Shown: positions 42,054 to 55,949 of the stretch, piece after piece
Position numbering within the stretch: the first letter of the stretch is position 1
How the letters are laid out: every line of letters begins with the position of its first letter
Source: the human T2T-CHM13v2.0 reference genome, Homo sapiens
DNA: 64,000 nt
Strand: one strand, 5' to 3'
NCBI RefSeq assembly: GCF_009914755.1
Contig: NC_060935.1
Notes under the pieces: model-generated
Told to the model about the DNA's origin: nothing
Seen by the model: only the letters and a program-made list of their open reading frames with translations
Database searches by the model: none
Translations under genes and position numbers: made by a program

Positions 42054-42699
42054 GTAAGAGAATTTTTATGTTTTAGTTTACAATCTTGAGATAAACTTAT
42101 TTTTAACTTATTTTTACTTTATTTTATTTTCATTTTCACTTATTTTTACTTTAATGAAATTCTTAGGACATGTTTTATGCTAAGTATTTTTAAGTTCTTC
42201 TAATATAACAATAATTTTTTAGACTATTGTTTTATTTTTACAATATATCAAGTATGGCAAAGATGATTTTCTTTTGAATATCTATTAAAAGTAAGCTCCA
42301 AACTTACATGATAAATATGATATGCATATTTCCATGGCTTTGAAAAGCATATTTAATTAAGTGTTAATGAGCTGCGCTTACTTGGGTGTGGAATGTGAAT
42401 GCTACCCACTATTGTCTGTGGCTAAGAGGATTCTTATCTACATTTTAAAAGCATTTTTCTTTACTGTTAGTGAAATTACCTTTCCTCGTGTGGAACTAAA
42501 CAAATTATAATTTACACTAGTGTCTTTAAGTACATTTTCTAAGACACTACAACTTTTTTTGTGACCCTTACGTAAGCAATGGTGACAGAAAGTAGTAGGA
42601 CAAAATATTTATTTCAACTTAATCTTCCTAAAGAGCAAATGAACAGAGAACTATTAAGGAATTAGAATTGATGTATTTATTAATGAAGTAAATGCTCAG

Positions 42700-43330
42700 A
42701 GAGAGATGGCTTTTGGGTGATGTGATAGTTATCAGTATAGTCGGTGCAATTTTTTTTTAACAAAGACATAAAACAGCCAAGCAGCCTTGACAAACCATTT
42801 TGTTTAATCTCTTTTCAAATGAAAAGCTCCTAAGCAGGCCACTTGTCTTAACTGCTTGAAACCATAAAAAGAGAGAATTGCCACCAATAAATTAGCATAT
42901 TTTTAACTTCATCACCAAATGATGGTCAATGTGGCTTGGCACTGCTTTGGTGTTTGGGACTTCACCCTTAAGTGACCACTTTGGCCCTTTTTTGACCCTC
43001 TGCCCTCTTTAAGCTGGCCACTTGATAAGGTAACTTAATGGTTCTCTCTCTTTTTCTCTTTCCCTTCACATTTGCAAGTAGCACTAACCTATAAATCATT
43101 GTAAGGGCCCTATCCAGTGACAAATTAATGTGCCCTCCTCCTAATTAATGGTCATCAATGTCCTTAATTATCTAATCCTATTGAGAGCAGTTAATAGTTA
43201 ATCAGGCAGCCAGTTCTTCAAGCAGGTCATCTCTGCAGGAGTGTTAGAAGTTTCTCATCTGGGGACACTCCCTTCAAAAGCCACTTAAAGCCAAAAGAGT
43301 GAGAGTGTGGAAATAGTGATTCTTGAGCTA
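42700..43330. promoter_or_regulatory. Candidate PAX6 DRR enhancer just downstream of exon 9
   Basis: Dense TAATTA/TAATCC/TAATCA sites (43123-43204), four NK2-type CACTTR sites, SOX CATTGT and MEIS TGACAA. Confidence 0.6.
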
Positions 43331-46300
43331 ATTTGCTTTAGTTCTCAAAAGAAACCATTGAAGTGGAACCCAACACTGTAATTGTTCAAACATTGTTTCA
43401 GCTTTTCTGACAGAATACTGAGTAATGTACCATAATATTGCTTAAAACATTGAGAAGGATACAGTTATAGTTTAGTGTCACAAGGAAAGCATGATTATCG
43501 TTTTCTCTTGAGTTTACATTTTTAATGGAAGACGTAAGTTTTTTCTCTCCATGTGGCACCTTTTCCCCAAAATCAGTATTCTAACAACCACATCTGAGAC
43601 ACAATTTCTATTACCATACAAACTAAGCAAGATGATTCCCCTGTGAAAGTAAATATTGTACCCAGAGAAGAAAGTAGTACAGTAATGTGAATCATGTTTA
43701 TGATTTCTCTTTCTCTGTCTCATTGAGTCTTACTGGGAGTTGAGGGAAAGAGAGAAATAAAGAACTTACGTGATGTCAAGCGGGACCTCTCCTCTGAATA
43801 ACTTTAGGTTCTAATAGTAACTACACTTCACCATCAGAGCTGATGAAAGATCTTTTATTAACCACACAGATTTCTGTTCCATTTTCTCTCTTGTTCCCAC
43901 TATGGTAAACTAAGAATCATTATAATTGGTCAACCTGTGGTTTAGAAGCAATGTTTGAAAACAAAACACAAATAGACTGTTGTTTCTTAAAATTCTATAT
44001 ACTCAAACTCTGCACCTTTTTGTCTAATAACCTAATCACTTAAGTTTTTTGAGTTTTTTTGTTATTTTAATATAAATATACACATTCTAAATAACTTATT
44101 TACTTAAGCCATAATACTCAATTTAGTGATTAGAAAAAATAAAAATTAAGGAATCAAACAAACCAAATGGAAGTACATATATAGGTATAATTAGAATAGA
44201 ATAAAATCATGTGGTTCACCTAAAAGTAAATGTTTTAAATGTAGCATTGTACATTCTAAAATGCATATCCAAACAGATAGCAAGTCTTTGTAATATATTA
44301 AAGAAACTAGAAACAGGGGTAGAAATGCCCTGAAAGTAACTAGTTCAAGGATTCCTTTATTGGGGGTAAAATCATCGAGCAAATGCTACTGTTTTAATAC
44401 TCACAACAAATAAATGTTCTTTTTAAATGTCCTCATATTTTTTAAAAAATAAAATGTAACCTTACTAGCCTGTAAAGTCTGAGACTAAAATAGGTAGTCT
44501 ACTGAATCTGAGTCTTACTTTCAGAAGTAAAAGAGTTGAATCTGACATTGAATCAGGCAGTGAATCAGAGTCTCACTTTCAGAAGTGAAAGGTAGTTTAG
44601 CAGGGAAAGCAGAAATAACATTTCCAATTCCACAGGCAGATTTGTTACATGTTGGAATTTACTGTCAGTCACATGGTCTCAAAAGGGGGCAAGGTTGGAA
44701 ACAAGGGGCAAAAGAAGCAGACAAGCACTCTCATCTCTATTTTTAGGGCAACTTTTTTTTAATTTGTTAAGTCATTGCCCTTTATGTGTATGAAAACTGA
44801 TTATCTTTTTACTAGCAGCTACCAAGGGCCTCTAACAGGTAGAGCAACTTTAACTCATAGTCTCTAATTTCTTAGAGTGATTTGGAGAAAGCAAAGGAAT
44901 ATTTCTTCCTTCTCAGAGTATATGTTGGTATTGTCCAGATTCAAGTGAAAATATTTATCTAATCAGAGTAAAAATTTTTGCCGATACCTGTAACTACAAA
45001 GCTCTATAAATTAGCCCCTTTACAAAAACCATAGCAGAATCATATCCATACTAATTGCACTAAAATCCTGACATGCATTCTGGATAAGTAAAAGTCAAAG
45101 TTTGAACTATGATTTCAGGTTAAAAGAAATAGCTTTCCAATTCTTTGAAAACTGGTGACTCTTATAAGCTATATATAGTAACAGTCTGGAGTATTTGATT
45201 AACCATTATATACTACTTATTCCTTGATCTTAACCAGATCGAATTTACCTAACCTTGCCTAACCTCCATTTAATCATAGCAAACATTTGTTGAGCCTTTG
45301 TTAAGTAGCAAGTACTATACGAGCTTAGTTATATTTTTATATAGTGATTAAATATTTTAAACAAAAGCTTTACTAAGATATAATAATAGATTCAATACAC
45401 ATAAATGGTGTCTTTTTCATCTTTATATCTATCTAAGAATCAAGGACAGGGTTATTTACTTAATAGGTATAAAGTCTTTGCTGAAATGTATGTAATATAG
45501 ATAAATTATGAATGGGCTTTTAAAAATAGTGCAAATAATACAGCTATAAATATGACATAAGCTTCACCAGTCAAGTGACCCGTACACACTGTGTTCTTAG
45601 TTACGTGTAAGATAACTTGAGTACATGGCGTCACTTCCAAGCTAAAATAACTGGTTAAACTTGCATTTCTTAGCTTCTGTAATTTTTGCTTCTTTAATAT
45701 CAAGCGATCATTAACCAGTTTTTTCTTTAGTAATTATGATGTAATTATAGTACATAAACAAGTAAGATTAGGCAGAATTTGAAATATGGCTGCATGTTTG
45801 ATGACATAAGTGCAACATTTTCACTTGCACTTAATAATATTTTGCTATTTTGATTTTGCATTTTCAGCTCGATCATACTGTAGCACATTCTAGTCATAAA
45901 ATTATCTAATATAAATGATAATAATGTATTATTATATTAGTTGCACCATCCATTAATGTTTTCACAAAGAGAGTTTCCACTTTGGTAATGGAACAGTTTT
46001 CCAGCTCAAAGATTCAGTGTTTCTAAGTTCAAGTCAGAGAGTACAGTAACTGGGTTAACACTGAAATATACAAAAGACTTAACACTGTAAAGAAATATAC
46101 TGTAAAGACTTACAATATTTACTACGAATTTTCAATATAAAGATTAACACTACTTGTGTAGGCTGTAATTGGTCAAAAAAATAGTGTCAAAGTAAATCAT
46201 GTTTACTCAAGGTTGTCTTATCATACTTTGTCCCTAATTCAGAATAGGACCTCAGTACCTCTCCAGTCACCAAGAACTTTTTCTCACAAAATAATTGACC

Positions 46301-47254
46301 AACCAGTTTTTATTAAGTAGCTATTATTTTTTATGTACTCATGTAATAGATTTATTCTCAAGTATTAAGACTAGAATAGAATCAATATAAGTTAGATTTA
46401 TAATTATATTGCCATATAACTTGGTACTATTCAGTAGGATTATTCAATAAGATTATTATTTACATATTGGAAAAGCATAAACTCTTACCAATTACAGGAC
46501 AGGGGTGCTAGTAGCTATGATAATGTGTAATAATTTGGAGTATTTCATGATATGTTTGGTCCTAGGTTTACTTTATTTCCTATGCTTATTTTCAGCAGCC
46601 TTTCTAGTTTTTAAATGAGAAGTAGAATGTTGAATATGTTTACTGTATCTAGAGATGGGAGCAGGATGGTTAACTTGCTTGTCAACTCACAATTATGTTA
46701 CTAAAATAAAATAATGGAAATATAAATGTCTGGCTTGGGAGCCTTCTTAAGTTGTAGCATCATGGGCTGTAGTCCAATATACTACAAATATTGTTTGCTG
46801 TTTCAACTAGCTTTTATTCCTAGATACACTGCAGCTAGCAGAAAGAAAAGAAAATCAAAGTTGAACATAGGCATCTATTCATTTAGATTAAATCAGTTGT
46901 CAAAAATAAACCCAAATTAACATTTTTTAACAATGGAAATCTAATTTTTTACATGTGTACATTTTGATATATTCATTATATTATCATTCTCATGTTTATG
47001 CTTTTATTCTCAAGTGATATCAGCATATAATAGCATTACATAGGTTTCAAAGAATCATCAGAAGTTGGTTTAATACTTACTACACTTTATATATTTCACA
47101 TGCCATAGTTAACCTATCAAAAGTGCATACCACCTTAAGGAGAACACAGTTTTGAGAATCTGTCTAATCCTATTTCTTCCCACTTTGGAATCTTAATTAG
47201 AAGAGATAAGAAAAAAAAAACATCATTTAACTAAATTATTGTCTTGAATCTGTA

Positions 47255-47690
47255 GCAAAAGGTATAATCCGCAATTGGGCCAATTAGTGAACCCCATAGT
47301 TAGCTATGCTGCAGCAAACAATTTGATTAGATCTGACACCATCCTAGTTCCCACTGTTGTTTTGCCAGGTATGATGGTCAGACTTCAAAGAGCTTGAGGC
47401 ATCAGCAGGGCAAGGTTTGGAGGCCAGCTTAGGTCCGGTTGTTAATCTCTCTGCTAAAACCACAGCAGCTCTCACACAAAACAAGCTTACACGACACAAT
47501 CATGCGGTATTAAAGTTAGGGTTGAGTCATGCCAATTTCCCTTTGATTTTTTGATGATTGACCAAAGATGGCTACATGACTAGACACATGCTAAAAGTAT
47601 CCTGATTAGGTAAGTTCCCAAAATATTTGAAGTATTTTTTAACTTCCTATATAAATGTTGTGAAAGCTTATTCCCTTTGATCAAACCTTC
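47255..47690. promoter_or_regulatory. Candidate PAX6 DRR enhancer
   Basis: TAATCC 47265, CAATTAG, TCF/LEF CTTCAAAG 47383, CCTTTGAT 47540 and 47674, TGAGTCA 47523, and retained CpGs. Confidence 0.55.
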
Positions 47691-48999
47691 CAAAGTAATA
47701 GTACTGTACTGGGGAAAAATGAGCATTTCTTACCGGCAACCTGAATATCAAACTTTTCACTTACCTCTTTATATAAATTTGTCTTTATATTAATAATTCC
47801 TTAAGGAGAATATATAAGGAAATTGTTTCTAAGTGGTAAGCTTTTGAAAAATCTATTAAGCACTTTGGAAGAAAAAACATTTTTCCCTGAGTCATTTATG
47901 TTCACTGACAGTTTTTCTGAAATTTCTTTATAATTGTTTTCCACTTAAATGTTGAGTAAAGTGCCCTTCCAAGATGTGGTTGCATAAGTGTTCTTTTCTC
48001 TGCATTCTGATTTGTTGAAATATTGCAGTAATAGTGACATGTTTCCATTCTGAGAAAAGCCTAAGGCTGCTTTAGTATTATTCCAAATGATTGAAACTGC
48101 CATCTTGCTGACTTTCCCTTAGGCAGTGTAAGTCCTGTTTGCTTCTGTGTTCATTTCACATGCTTCCTGTTAGTTTGGCTGGCAGAACATCATTGCTTCA
48201 TTTGGCAAGGAAGAGTAGATTCATATTTGGCTATTATATGTCTTAAAGTTTCTGTGTGGTCATCAACACGTAGGATATGAAACTTATAATTAGTTATATC
48301 AAATGAATCATCTTTCTTTGAGAAATATAATTAAAATATGACACCTTGACCGTAATTTTTATATAAAAATCTTCATTTTATAAATTGAACTTAGGGTCTA
48401 ATATTTTTACATTGCACTATTTATTTATTCATAACTAAGTTACTCAGGAAATTTAAGAAAAGTTGCACGAAGCAAAGTCAAATATTTAGAATCTTACTAA
48501 CAGTCTCTCATAAAGATACCATGGTTACCTGTAATGCAGTTATCTCAATTTTTAGACCAGGAGGATACAGCCTCAGCATTGTCTAAATATGCAAAGGGGA
48601 AAAGGTCTCTTCTCCCTTCTTCCTAAGTTTTGCAGACATAAACATTTATATATGTGTTTTATGGTTTGGCTCCAAGAAAATTATATTGCAGTACTTCGAA
48701 GATTTTCTTCAAGACTTTGTAGAACTGCTGTAGCGGAATTAGTCCAGTTTACATGATACTCTCTGAAACACTTCTTTTCATAATGTGTCATTTATAGTGT
48801 CTAAGGAAGATAGAAAAAAAGAAAACAGAAAATGATGACAAATCACAGCTATTTCATTTCCTCACTTAAATGTATTTTTCAAGTTCCTAGAAAGTAAGAA
48901 GATACATTTTACTAGTATATCCTCCAAGGTGCCTGTAATACAAATGCTTAGTAAATATGGTATCCTTAAGCTTGTGATGTAGGTAGTTTTACAGATACT

Positions 49000-49950
49000 T
49001 TTGTACCTAAAACATTTCAAGTTTAGTCCTGCCTCAGTGCCTTTGCACAGCAAATGTTCAGAATCCTCATCCCTCTGATCTTTTCAAGACCTTTTCATGT
49101 CATTTGGATTGTAAATTAACTACCTCAACCTCCTCCTTAGAGAAGTCTGACTGGCCTGTCTGAAGTGTTCACTGAGTTACTCACCCTCATGTACTGTTCG
49201 AATTCTCAGTGTAATGTATTTTATAATTGTCCATTAGTTTATTTGTTTATTTTCCCAACCTCACCACTAAAATGTAAGCTCCACAAGAGTAAGGACATAG
49301 TATGTCTTATTTGCAGCTAAATCCTGAGTATGTGTAATAGGTGCTCCATAAATATTTGTTAAATTGTGAAACTACAGTTTTTAAAGTAACTCATGCCTAC
49401 TGTAAGTTTCTTTAAAAACATATATTTGGTATCTACTTTGTTCTAGGTATTGTGTTGGGTGCTTTCATATACATTATTATATTTAATTTTAATCCTCACA
49501 GGAACCCTTGCATACATACTATTTCACATATTTAATAAAAAGAAATATACAGGAGTTATATAACCTTCCTTCCCAAAGTCATACATCTGTGGTTACAGCC
49601 AGGATTAAATTCAGATCTTCTGAAGTCATATGCAGAATAACACTGGAAAGCTAACATGTTCACAAACTCTGTTAATTATTATTAATTTTAAAAAAAATAA
49701 GTTTTATTACATGTTTAACAGAGGCCTAGGACTACTGCAAGTGCTTAAAGGCATTATTTCATAGACCTTACAACTACCCATATAACATTATTATCTTCAT
49801 TTTACAAATGAGGAAACTTACAGTTTGGAGAGATCAAGCAACTTAACTTATCCGGAGTCACAAAACTGATAACTGGCAGAAATGACACTTAAATTGAAGC
49901 CTGTTTTATTCTAAAGCCTGTGCTCTTAACCACCAACTATCTGCCATGCC
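49000..49950. mobile_element. L2 3' end followed by MIR fragments
   Basis: AATGTAAGCTCCACAAGAG.AAGGAC, TAGGTGCTC.ATAAATATTTGTT, TTTTACAAATGAGGAAACT. Confidence 0.75.
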
Positions 49951-51534
49951 CTAAGTTGTACTGCTATCTCGTCTTCATTACATAAGCCAGAAAGCCTGTG
50001 TCCTGAAGGATTCTTCAATAAAAAATGTTTTTTTAAATCTCAGAAAATGTGTTAATGTGATATATATATATGTAACATTCATATTAAAAATTCTTCTGTT
50101 CCCTAGCATGCATTTCTACTTTTTGTAAAATACATTATAAAATTATGATTGGATTAATCACAGCTTCTCCCTTATATAACATGATGTTATTTTATATATA
50201 TATATTCATATGTATGTGTGAATACATTAGGGTGATGATATTCTGTTTTTTACTTATTTCTAGTAATATGGTAGGTTTTTATGGAAAAATTAATTTGCAA
50301 AAAAAAAGCTATTCTCTAAAATACTATTTACTGTTATAGGATTTCTAAATCCAAAAGAAAGTGAGAAAGTATTGTATACAAAGAAATGTAGTTTTCCTTA
50401 TCAACTATTTTGATACAGTCTAAAAGTGTGCCAAATTTAATTACAATATATTATGATTGTACTCACTTAAGTTCTATGTTCAGGTACTTTTACCAATATT
50501 AATTTGCTTATAGCTAATCAACCTGTTTTTGTATTTTAAATTTTTCTAAGGTATTTTACATTTGTTATTTTCGGAGCATCAAAAATTATCCTGTGAGATA
50601 ATCAAGGTATATACAACTTTTAATAAGGGTCTACTGAATTCATTTTTCAAATTTCTAATTTTTTCCTCCCCTGTCATCATAACTGGTTCTAATGAAGGTT
50701 TGATTCTTTCATATTAAGAGCTATTTTTCTCTTTTGCAAAAAGCTTGATTTGCTGGAAGTTCTTTAAATACCATCTTTAAGCAAAATTAAGCAACAAATA
50801 TTATGATTGTAAAATGTTTTCCTCTTTTATTGATGAATATTATGAAAAAGTTTTCTGCATTTTAGTAATACGAAGAAATTGTTCCTCATTAAGAAAATAT
50901 AATGATAAATATAAATTATTAGTTTTTAAAAGGTAGAATTGTGGACCATAATAAATAATTAAGAGAAAGTAGAATGTAATGGGAATGTCTTTAACCCAAA
51001 AACTGGTAAAGCGGTTCTCTTACTTAAGTAGAAATAAAAAATTTGGGAAATTTATTACTGTCATCACTCCAAGTCACAGTAGACATTTTATAGAGTAGCC
51101 AGTTTAGGTTCTTTGTATCTGGTATCGTGAAATTCACTGAACTGTTTTGTCAGGTGCTGTCAAGTCAACCCACCATTGTTGTAGAGAATCAAACTAAATC
51201 ATTTTGGCATGAGCCTTCCAGAAATAAGATACCCAAGATGAAGGGTTTAATGAAACTGAGTATTTGGCTTCAATTTTTTGTCAGAATGTCAAATATATAT
51301 TGCACTCATTCAAAAATTTCTGAGTAAATCAGTTGAAATACCTGACCCTATGCTTTATTGAAAACTTGTTTCAAATATTATTGCTCAATATAAATGATAT
51401 TTGGAATGTATTTGGGTGTTTTTTAAGGTATAGGATTCTTCATTGAACATTTCAAATAATAAAACTTGAACGTATATAGTCATTTAATAAAAAGAGAGAA
51501 GTATATTTTACTACGATTAAAGTTTTCCATTATA

Positions 51535-51891
<357 letters not shown>

Positions 51892-54234
51892 TTACATTTC
51901 TTGTCTTTAATTAATGAAATGTTTATTAATTTTCTAAATAATTATATGAATGAAAAAAGCTTATCTTTCTGATCAATAGTTATTTAAAAGGCATTATTAT
52001 AGTGTAGACTTAAATGCCTCAAACTTTTCACTTACATATTTTGAAACGGGCTTTTTTGTTGATATTTCTGCCGGATCCATAAGAAATATTTTCCCAGCTT
52101 GTACTGTAGCTATGGTGTAGCATTGAAAAAGATGGTAACAAAAAGCTTCTTGGTGCAATTAAAGGTCACTTGTACATATTGTAATAGGCTACTCATTTAC
52201 AAGATCTTTGTGAAGGGTCAGTGCTATAGCATGAAGTGGATTGCCCTTGTTGATCCTGTAAATAAATGGGTAAACTTCTCTTGTAGTCAGTAGGCAAAGA
52301 AAAGGCTAGCGCAAAGTAGCTTATCAATATTTTTACAAACAAAATGCTAAAATGTTGACCAAAACCAAATGCAATAGGACTATATACTTGATATAAGTAA
52401 TAATAGAAAATGATTAAAATACATAGTTACAGCTTTTAAGGGAAAATTGCTTACACATATGTATACACATATGTACTTGTTTTTTTTTAACATATGAACC
52501 ATATTTAAGTGTAGCAAAACACAACACAGTGATAGTGTTCAACTCTCCTTTACCATAAAACTAGCATGTTTCAAAGTAGTTGGGATTTATACAGTCTATC
52601 TTTTCTGCATTGAGATTCAAAATTTGTCATGCATAAGTATGAAAAAGGAATCCAACTAGATAGTGATTTGTTTTAATTATATTTCATAGCCTTTTCAATA
52701 AGTCTTAGAAAAAATGGTGGTCCAGATAAAGTATTAGTAATGATCTATTCTGAATGAATTAATAATGATCTGTACTAAATACAAAGAAAATATTTTCTTT
52801 CAACAATTTTAATACACTTAGATTTTACATGTTATGTATGTATATTTGTGAGATACAAGTCATTTTTTAATCTCGAAGAAATTTTAAAAATATAATGAAA
52901 TATATTTGTTCAACACTTTCTAGATTCTTCTCTCTATACTTGCATATTCAGACACAGCAACCATACACACACCCCCTTAATATTTTTTATTGCTGTGTAC
53001 TATCAAAAAAATGAAATTTCTAGTCAATGTCAAACAATACCTTCTAGGATTAACAAAAGTAATTTAACAATGGGTTTGAATCAAGAAGCAAATAATGATA
53101 AATTAACCTTTAAAAACCTGTAGGACTGATTGGTGTATAAAAATACTAAGGCCAAAGGCCAATCATGAAGTAAGTATCCAAGAAGAGCACTATTTCAAGT
53201 AATCTTCTCTGCTTTTTATTTAGTTCTTGAATATCCATTCTGCACTGTTTTGTTTGTTTTGTTTTGCCATACTTTAGTACACGGAAAACATCATGCATTT
53301 CTTTTATAAAGTATCAAACTTTGGGAAAATATCATTCTTTTAGAGCATAGGTGTTATAAACGTAGGTATTTTTATTCATCATTGTATCTCCCTTTCCTAG
53401 TTCATTGCCTGATCATATAAGTGCTCGTCAAATATTGCATGAATGGATAAATGAATGAATGTCCTCTTGATATTGCTCAAAACATGTAAGAGGGTGTGAC
53501 CATTAAAAAACTCATTTCAGATTATACGGAATAGTTTGATAGTGTGAATACAGTTTTCTTTAGATGCTTAATATATTTCTAAGGTTTTACGTAAGTAAAA
53601 CAACCTTCAAAAAATATCAGCTAATAAGATAATGAGCTGTTATTGTTGAAAACAGTTCATGAGACTTATGAGTTACAGATGAAATAATTATGTAAAATGG
53701 AATTTTAACACATTTTGGATATTCTACAATTTTATTTAAATACACATTATCAGTAAAGTAACTGTTATCACTTCCATAACAGAATCTAGGACTAATCCTT
53801 ATTGAAGAATCATCCTATTGACCTCTTTATTATACACTTGAAGCTGACAAATTCCAATCTGGTTCTTCAGTTTGGCTTGTTCAGAATTTTTTCCTGAGAA
53901 ACCATTCTGATCCAAACAGAAATTTAAATTAAGGACAATTATATGTAGGAGAAAAGCTTTACAGTGTGTGATTTATAACTGAATGCATTTCATTAAGATA
54001 TGTTATTGACTTAATGTGTAATTCAGTCAAAAACAAAAAAAGTACATGTAAAGATATTTTGGAAATGTGATGTAGTCTTAATAGTACTATAAACATGAGC
54101 AATTTCTTTAGCATTCAATTATTATCACATTCCAATCATTTCATTGGAAATGTTCTTAAGCTTTTGTCCACATAAAAGTGGGTAAATAAAGGGCAATATT
54201 AAAGCAACTATGCCCCTGTTGCAATAGAACATGT

Positions 54235-54430
54235 GATTAGCAAACTATGGCCCATGGGCCAAATCCAGCTCCATGTTGTTGTTGTTGTTGTTGTTTTAAT
54301 ACATTTTATTGTAACAGCCATTCCTATCATTTTGTCTATGGCTGTTTTCACAGTGCATCACTAAGTTGAGATCTTACGACCTGCGAAGGCAAAGATATTT
54401 TCTGTCTCGTCATTTACAAAGAAAATTTTC
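54235..54430 (+). mobile_element. MER58A-like hAT-Charlie MITE with internal (GTT)n
   Basis: GCAAACTATGGCCCATGGGCCAAATCCAGC...TTTACAAAGAAAATTT. Confidence 0.75.
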
Positions 54431-55949
54431 TATAAAGAAGAACCCCTACTTTAAAAAGCCGCATACTTTAAAGAAAATTTACTGAGAGAATTGTCAATTT
54501 GGTGATAATGATTTATACTCTTAAAATTAAGCTTTATTTGAAAAATAACACATACAGTCATTTGCTGTGTAATTTGCACTTGTAGAATTTATGCAATGTC
54601 TTTGACAAAATACCTAGATTTTTCAAATAGTCTGCATTAATGTCTCTCTGAGAAAATACCTAGATTTCATAAAAGGTTAAAATTGGAAGGGAGCTTAAAG
54701 TGCTTCAAAGCCAGCTTCTCATTGTGTGCACATATTTTCTCATCCAGCCTCTCTGTAATCATGTGGAACTCACTTTCTTAGGGGCACCTCATTTCAGTCT
54801 CTACCAGATTCTTTCAAATGCTAAAGCAACCTCTTAACCATTAGTACTAATTCAGCTTTCTGAAGCCACAGATAAATTGCTATTTTCTATACAATGTTAC
54901 CAGATCGATAATAAATACCTAATATATGAGAAACAATTGTAATGTATAAATATATTTTAGTTTTCATTAGATTTATATTTCTTTTATAAAACATTATAAA
55001 TTTAACCATTTATGGTGTTTATTGTACATTTAACTTAGAACCTTAAGCACAACATCTTTTAAAGAAACCTTTTTTAAAATAAAGCATTAACTAGAAATGT
55101 TAAAAGTTTTGAATTCTGAAATTAAAATCCTTTATGAATTGTAGCTTCATACAATTTAAATATTAAAATTCAGTGTTTTCATTTGTAGCATGTTTGAATA
55201 CACAGATGACTTCAGATTATTAAAAGTTATAAAATCAACTTTAAATGTGATATTGAGTTTTTTATTATAATCTACTTAAGATTTTTTTACTATACAGTAA
55301 ATCAAAATGTAACATTAAACTTTTGATAACTGAATATTGAGAGGCATAAGGATACATTTCTATATTGGGCGTAAGGATATATTGATTTTATTAGCAGAAG
55401 TATACTCAAAAACTTTAACTGTTCATTAGCCACACTATCCAGTGTCTATAATTGATAGTCAAATTAAAACAGTAAGTTTAAGCGGGTGCTATGAAGTCTT
55501 GCTTGCTTATATGCATTTTTTTAATGTAGGAATTTCTTAGACAAGTAAACAAGATCTTACTGAAGTTTAAAGGGTGAATATATTATTAAAAGTAATGTTG
55601 GTCCTGGTAAGATTATTTTTAAGCTATAGGATGCTGTAGTTGGAATATTTTGGCATTTTGGTTAGGAAATTTAAACATGAGCACATTTTTACTTAATAAC
55701 TGCTTTTATTTAAGCTAATGTAAGTTATTGTATTTTAAAATAATTATATAAACACCAGTGTCCTTACCATTTGAAAATTATTTTTAAATTATGTAAAACA
55801 AAACTTCTTTTCAAAGGTGTTTACGATGTAGAATAGAAGATTGCATGAAATCACACAAAAAGAACTCAATGTAGTGTTTTCAGCCTAATAAAAATGTTGT
55901 AAAAATACTTGTAAGCTTGGAAATCACACTAGCTATTCTTGTTTCAAAT

